Source: Trichoplax sp. H2 | Lineage: Eukaryota | DNA length: 64,000 bases | NCBI GenBank assembly: GCA_003344405.1 | Contig: NOWV01000003.1 | Span: 620,001-684,000 of the forward strand | Reading direction: 5' to 3' | Shown: positions 56,324-64,000 of the stretch, in pieces | Layout of the letters: every line of letters begins with the position of its first letter | Numbering within the stretch: the first letter of the stretch is position 1 | The notes under the pieces: generated by a model | The model's input: only the letters and a program-made list of their open reading frames with translations | The model's database searches: none | What the model was told of the DNA's origin: nothing | Made by a program: the position numbers and the translations under genes

Positions 56324-59300
56324 TAGAACTAGCGTAGATGTGATGATGGTGATACCCGTAGAAGAATAGAGTACAGTACTGTGGCATCGGAAATATTCTA
56401 GCAGTCACTGTGAAACTGCTTCATACAAAATAACTTGAATGCCATTTTTCATTAGTCATTTTAAACAATTTCAAGTACTTTTGTATGCAGCAGTTTTACA
56501 ATACCGGAATATTTTCAGCACCACTATATTTAATTTCCTGTTAACACAAATATTAAACCGCTATTAAGGCTGACTTGTATACTGGTTGAGCTGACCGTAC
56601 GTGTTCCAGTGATTATTGGTTTGTATTCGAAATTTTAAGGAAATAAAATAAGTCAATACTGCAGTATAAAATAATAAAAACATCCAAAATCAATTACTTA
56701 AGGTTTTGATGATCTATTTATGTGAAATTTGAGCCAACTTCAATGTAAATCCCTTGAAAATTTAAAAGATCTAATTAAAGGCTGCACCATTGCGGAATTG
56801 CTCTCTATCAGTATTGAATTAAAATTGTTACTGTACCTGTACATATGTATATTAAAGACTCTACTTTTATAGAGGGTCCGTAGTTTACTGTATAGTATTT
56901 GGTAACTGCAGACTAGCAATATCATGCAGTATCTTTAGTTCTACAGTATGATGTACGACAGAGACCTGCATTTGTTGAAGTCGATTTGCATAGTTGTACA
57001 ATTCACACTTATACACTAATACACGTACAGTATAGACGATTTGTGATGTGTTCTACACCGTGGACTACTAAAATTTACATTTTATTTTTCGCGTTTTTCT
57101 ACTAAAACATGTGTACGCGTATGTTCTACTCTGTTAACATTTGTTACAGTCACTTTTATGACATGAGAATAAAGTACTACCAGGGTAGCGATATAGCATT
57201 AAAGTCTTAATTCAAATATATAGTATTATGGAAGCTACAAAAATATTGTAACGTACAGTACTATCATCGAGTGATAAATAAATTTAACAAAAACTCGTGT
57301 ATCGATTTTCGAGGCATTGTAACATACATGAGTAACATGGCTAATCTTGGACAAATTGAATAAAATATTGCCATTTTAAGTTAGTATAATTTTATTAGAT
57401 GTTTGTCATTAATAAGGTAAGGAAGGAATAATTTGCGGTATAGCGTAACAAATCATCACATCTAGATACCATTTTACGAAGTGTTGCACCATGATAAAAT
57501 ACACAATTTTTGATTGATCATACAAGCCGTGTAATCTATAATAGCTCAATTACATTGTTATTGATACCCTTCACGACATAGAATAGTATTACAATAATAC
57601 TAGAATATTATTGTTAGTAATGTTGTGTGCTAGTGCAACTTTACCATTATATCCACGCACAAACTATCATATCATTTAATTAATTAGTTGACTAAATATC
57701 ATTTTCTTTTATGAGCCTACTTAATGCTAATAAAGTCTAAGCTTAGACCAGAATTATTGAATTTAAACTAGTATGTTGTTCATTGTTGTCTACCTCAGCG
57801 ATCAAGGATAGAGATTCGAGATAGGATTATGAAGGAAATCGGGCTACCATCAGATTAGATAACGTGTTATCAACGTTAAGACAATCCTGCAATTTGAAAT
57901 ACAACAGAATATTCACTTAGAACCAAAGCTATTTAATATATGCCATAATTGGCGACTTAACATTGTAAAAAGACTATTCGTAATAAGGAATGTCTACAGT
58001 TAATCCATAATAGGCTAGATGAAGTATCCTGTACTGTAGCTTTCTTAATGTACTAATAATGTACCGTGTACAAACGAAAATGTGAGTCAACTAAAATAGA
58101 GATTATGGCAGTATGTTATTATCACTACTGACAAAAAACTAAATGTATATTAATTGTAAACTTGATATATAATTTATACCTATACATAGCAAAAATTTTA
58201 CCTTTGTTGGAACTAAAGATGGGAAATTTTTCCAAAGATGGCGACGGAACTTCTGTACTCAGGATGATTATAATTTTTATCAGTAAGCATTAGAAGGCAT
58301 GAATCAAAATAAGTAACTTAATAATTTTGTTGACCTGTAAGCTTAATTTTCTAGCTATTAAATTGCGTTTTAAATAGACTTCGAACTAATCTACAATTAT
58401 ATATCTGCTACATTGAATCAGACCGTACAAGTAATCTTTCTCATTTAATTTTAGCTATTTATTAATCCTAGCTACTTAACCTCGATTTCAGCTGCCTTAA
58501 TTAATCTCGCCTTTCATTTCTCTTCGCTAATTTTATTATTATGTTAATAAAATTGGACAAATTAGAATTATTATTTAAAAGCTGTAGTTAGAAATATGTA
58601 AGTGATTAGTAATTTTCTAAGCTAAATGCTTTCTCGTTGCTAATAATGAAATGCTTTAAACGAGTTACATATGTATTAATTTCAATTTATCATGTGATTT
58701 AGTGTAATTGCTTAAAAAAGTAAGGAATAATATATGGCTGGAGTGTTTAACTATTTACATTTAATTTTAACCCAGTCAATTTTATAATTTTAAATATCTC
58801 ACGTTCTATCTAATTAATCTTATTTTTCTAATTAATTTATATCTAAGTGGATATGCATTAGTCGTTCATAGCTTAAAATTCACTACTAATAATGAGACTA
58901 GCAAAATTTATTATAATTTTATACTGCAAAGAGAAATCAAAAATTAAAGAAAACCTATAGCTCAGAAAATATGAGAACTGTTGGCAGGAACTGACTTTTA
59001 GGTTACGATTTTTTCTAGCTAAATTATGAATTTTATTGGACCAATATTTTTATTGCTAAATACGTGTTTGCTCGCAAGCATTAGAAATCCGTGATAATGA
59101 ATTAATATTTCGAATTAATAACAGTAACGAAAGGTATAAATATAGAATAAGGCCAATTGGACATTGGCTATCATATGCTCTTATACACTTAATATGAAAT
59201 GGCCTTAAGCAGTGTATTATGTTCTAGTGAATATAATACCTCATATGTAATCAGAGCATTTAATGTACATTTACAATTTATAAGCACATATTAAAATTAT

Positions 59301-61004
59301 ATACTACAGTGACATTAACGCGAATGCACGCGTACATAAATACTAATACTATTAACTCATCCATGTAATTATTAGAAGTATGGTAGGCCCAATGCAAAAA
59401 CACAGTTGTATTATGATAGACGGAGTTTTTAACTATTATAAAATATATAAGAATTTCTATAAAATGATTTCAACATAGTTTTCATGGGGATAATTTTTAT
59501 ACCTAATGATTCAATCGATATGCAAATAATCTACCTTACTATTTTATTGCTTTATGAATTGATGTCAAATGATTAATTATATAAGATTAACGTTATTTTA
59601 CAACATATATTTACATCGTAGCATACGCATACCTTGTCTTCTTGTTTTTAGTAAAGCATCTAGTTCTAAAATAAGAGAGTAAATTTTCACAAGTGAGATT
59701 ATATAAAGCGATTAGTTTTTTAAATATGCTAGCATATATCCAGTAAGACTTTGCAATTTTATCGATCTTTAGAAGTCGAAGATATCAACCGCTAAAGGCT
59801 AACTGCTGTACTAATGAAATGTTGTTAAGCAATGAAGGTAATATTATCTCAACGTATTTACTTGAAATCGGCATTTAATATTGCTGAAGAATGTACCTGG
59901 TAGACTATGCTGGTACTGACTATTTTTAAGTTGATTAAAGTACGGCGTTAATGTCTTCATAACTTTAATAATACGTATTCTGGATTAATTAATATTAATT
60001 GTCACTGTAAATAATGCATTCACGAATATCAGAATTTTAATCATAAAATATTCAGTAAAATCAACAAGCAATCATAATGTTACAAATAATCAAAACTTGA
60101 ATTCTTGTAGTAAAGTTCAGCTTGTGCTATCATATATATCACCGATGTCTATATATCATACAGTAGAAAAACTAATGTTAAAGCGATTTATTCTCAATAG
60201 ATCCAATATCAGCAAGTCACAAATTAAATTATTAAATATCTATATTAATTTACGGTATGGCAAAAGTAAACTGGATTACTTGTTTGTTATTGAAGGAGCT
60301 GCGTTTAATGTGTAAGAGTGACAATGCAATACGTGTATTCGTAAAATCTAGTTATAATCAGCTAAATAAATAATTAACTAGTTAGTAACATTTTAAGTAT
60401 ATCCAAAGCTTGATAATGTTTCTGATCAACGTAACTATACGTTTGTGACACGGTATTACATTAGAATCTCTATAGATTACTGTGATTTTGTTGCAAATGC
60501 CTGTATTTGTCATAGCATAGCTAAACTACTTCAACGTATACCTACTGTTAAGACGTAGAATTATCGATTATTAACTGTGTAATGAGGAAATAAGTGTATA
60601 ATTATGAAATTTGAACGGACCTTCATCATGTTTCTTATTCCAAATGTAAGGATGGCTATCTGCTTAAATGGAATGTTTACTAGTTATTCAATCTAGTTAA
60701 TAATATATTATACTCATATCGCGATAGGTATACCACAATTATAAGTGATTTTTTGATTAATTCTGTCTGTGTTTGCTACAAATAGAAATGAAAGATTCTC
60801 TACTTCGATAAAGTAGTGTATGTATCATTTATTCTATCTACTTGAAGCATTATGTTGAAATTAGTATATAATCACAATTCCAACAGACTTTGTCTACGCT
60901 TATTCCAGAGTAAAAATTTAAGAGGGAGTGATGCAGCTATTTCGACGAAATATACACTAATTATTTAATCTAACCATAATATAATCTTTAAACAAGTATA
61001 TTGT

Positions 61005-62050
61005 AAGGGAATCTTAACGGACCTTCTTGACGCTTATTCCAAGGTACATCGACCAAAACACCTATTTTGATTGAATATACGATAATTTTTCGATCTAATT
61101 AAATTACTATACGTTTTATGCTTATATATATAGAGATATATATAATTAGAAATCCTAACGGACCTTGTCGACGTTTATTCCAAGGTATATCGAGCAAAGC
61201 ACCTGTTTTGATTGAATATTCGACAGTATTTCGATCTAATTACATTACTGTGTTATTTTTATATATACGTATGCATAATAAGAAATCCTAACGGACCTTG
61301 TTGACGTTTATTCCAAGGTATATCGAGCAAAGCACCTGTTTTGATTGAATATTCGACAGTATTTCGATCTAATTACATTACTGTGTTATTTTTATATATA
61401 CATATGCATAATAAGAAATCCTAACGGACCTTGTTGACGTTTATTCCAAGGTATATCGAGCAAAGCACCTGTTTTGATTGAATATTCGACAGTATTTCGA
61501 TCTAATTACATTACCGTGTTATTTTTATATATACATATGCATAATAAGAAATCCTAACGGACCTTGCTCACGTTTATTCCAAGGTATATCGATCAAAGCA
61601 CCTATTTTAATTGAATTTACGATAGGATTTCGATCTAATTACATTACTATACAGTATTATGTTTATATATATGCATAATAAGAAATTCTAACGGACCTTG
61701 CTCACGCTTATTCCAAGGTATATCGACCAAACCACCTATTTTGATTGAATACACGATAGTATTTCGATCTAATTACATTACTATACAGTATTATGTTTAT
61801 ATATATGCATAATAAGAAATTCTAACGGACCTTGTTTACGCTTATTCCAAGGTACATCGACCAAAACACCTATTTTGATTGAATATACGATAGTATTTTG
61901 AACTAATTACATTGCTATCTTATATCGTCATATTTATATAAAGTAAGTACTAACGGACCTTGTTTACGTTTATTCCAAGGTACATCGACTAAAACACCTA
62001 TTTTGATTGAATATACGATAGTGTTTCGATCTAATTACATTACTATGTTA
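61005..62050. repeat. Tandem array of a ~133-bp unit (8 copies)
   Basis: Anchor TAACGGACCTT recurs at 61015, 61156, 61289, 61422, 61555, 61689, 61823 and 61951 (spacings 141, 133, 133, 133, 134, 134, 128), each followed by ..TTATTCCAAGGTA.ATCGA..CACCT.TTTTGATTGAAT..TTCGATCTAATTACATTAC. Confidence 0.95.
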
Positions 62051-62701
62051 TGTTTATATAATTCGACGAAGGATACGCTAGTTATTTAATCTATGTATCA
62101 CATAATGTTTATAATGAACATTTAATAAGGGAATTCTAAATGGACCTTGATTGCGCTTATTCCAAGGTAAATCGATAGGACTGGTACTCTCTGCTTCGAT
62201 GAAATAACAATAGTTTTCGACGTAATTAATAACTATATTATGCTAAAATAGGTATAGCGATGAGATTCTAACGGACCTTCTAAACGCTTCTTATTTTCAA
62301 CGAAATGGAAAGATTTCTTAGCTATATTGACGAATACGTTTTACGTACAATTAAACACTTCGTCATGAATTACATTACTATGTTATGTTTATATAATTCG
62401 ATGAAGGACACGCTAGTTATTTAATCTATGTATCACATAATGTTTATAATGAACATTTAATAAGGGAATTCTAAATGGACCTTGATTGCGCTTATTCCAA
62501 GGTAAATCGATAGGACTGGTACTCTCTGCTTCGATGAAATAACAATAGTTTTCGACGTAATTAATAACTATATTACGCTAAAATAGGTATAGCGATGAGA
62601 TTCTAACGGACCTTCTAAACGCTTCTTATTTTCAACGAAATGGAAAGATTTCTTAGCTATATTGACGAATACGTTTTATGTACAATTAAATACCTCGTCA
62701 T
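62033..62701. repeat. Near-identical 335-bp direct duplication (higher-order repeat containing diverged array units)
   Basis: aattacattactatgttatg.. starts at 62033 and at 62368; internal anchors at 62137/62472 and 62269/62604 are each 335 bp apart. Confidence 0.92.
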
Positions 62702-64000
62702 TAATAAGGATCGCTACCATTAACTCAGGTATTATTTTAATTATATGAGAATTGGTTGAGATTAGATCCTGAATATAGAATAAATTTGCATCGTGATTAC
62801 ATATCGTGTAGTCAGCTTACGGACACAGAACTATGTTATTGTCGTTTTTGTAATCTGACTCTTATATCTTTTATTATAGGTATACGTTGTGAGGGAATTT
62901 ATCTAATTAGTGACAATCATCATTCATACTAATAACTCTTCCTCCAATCTTTTACTGAAATCTTAACAAACGATTTCTGTAATCTAATAACAGTTTCATA
63001 AATATTTCCTCGTGTCAAAGATAAAGTTATCGCGAACTAGCAAACTGCATATTTGAATGTTACTTGAAAGATAGATTAACTTTTAGATAGTAAGGAGATT
63101 TATTCTTCAATGCGATTTAGCCATTGATAGTAACATAAAATGATACGCAGGTCTAGAAACAATAAATTTGTTAAAGAGGTTTATCATTTTCCTTTAACAG
63201 ACAGTCTAATCAACGATTGGTAATTGATTTTGAGTAGAGCATGTTAAATGAATAAAATAAAAACGAAATAGGAAACTGTAAAATAAAAACCTACAGCAAT
63301 AGTTTCTTGGTGTATTGCTACTTATATTTATCCGTATATTTATTCTTAAATAGTCATTGATTAGTTATTTATTAATTGTAATATGAGATATTTCAAAAGG
63401 TTTATTTGACTATATTTATATCATTTTCTGTTTAATCGTAATAGTCATTCGTATATACTTTTATAATGTACTTACCGCGTGCTACGTTGTCGCTCAAATC
63501 ACGAAGGAATCCTGTTATTTAATAAAAAATTAGATTATCGAATGCATTGCTCTTGAAAAGATTCAAGTACATTAATACGTTGTAATATAAGAATGGCGCT
63601 GAATTAGTGTACAGATTTTTAGATGTTACTCACCGACTTTGGCTTTGAGACTTTCTACGACGTCTCGTTGCTCTGTTACCATAACAAGAAAGAACCAATA
63701 GAGAAGTTAATATTGTTGTTAAGTAATTTTATACTATTGTTGGTAGCTGACTATCGCAGTTACAGGTTATTCTTTGAACTCATAAAAAGTGCAGAAGGAA
63801 AATTGAAGCTACTTGTTCACTTAAATTACCTTCGATATGTCTGCAATCAACAAGGGCACAGATCAAAGAGATAGCAATTAGAATGTTCAAGAATTTTGCC
63901 ATTTTCGTTTTATAGCTATGTAGATTGAAAGAGAAATATTTATCAATTAATTCTTTGGCTAATTAATATCTCAAAATAATTCTGAAATATAAGTTAGAAG

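Noticed and set aside
61478..61678. 66-aa ORF within the tandem array
   Set aside because: The unit length (133-134 bp) is not a multiple of 3, and neighbouring units contain stops in this frame.
61005..62050. CRISPR-like array
   Set aside because: The whole 133-bp unit is repeated, there are no unique spacers or cas genes, and the context is eukaryotic.

Overview
AT-rich eukaryotic (animal) genomic DNA with many short GT-AG introns. The style fits an early-branching metazoan such as the placozoan Trichoplax, but this is inference. Three spliced genes can be read. (1) FANCJ/BRIP1, an Fe-S DEAH helicase, on the - strand (ATG at 7262, about 30 exons, running to about 208 or past the left edge). 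(2) A Tbx2/3-class T-box gene on the + strand (19724-24229, 6 coding exons, about 407 aa). (3) A tandem Tbx4/5-class T-box gene on the + strand (29068-32439, 6 coding exons, about 578 aa). The highlight is the physical linkage of BRIP1 + Tbx2/3 + Tbx4/5, the same trio that neighbours each other at human 17q23 (TBX2-TBX4-BRIP1), here flanked by unusually long non-coding tracts. Non-coding DNA around the genes carries clusters of a palindrome-forming (ACAGT/ACTGT)n pentamer. The right half (32.5-64 kb) has no recognisable gene. It holds a few candidate minus-strand mini-exons, including a 12-bp coding-like repeat, and a ~133-bp tandem array followed by a 335-bp higher-order duplication. All coordinates and exon models were read by hand without tools.
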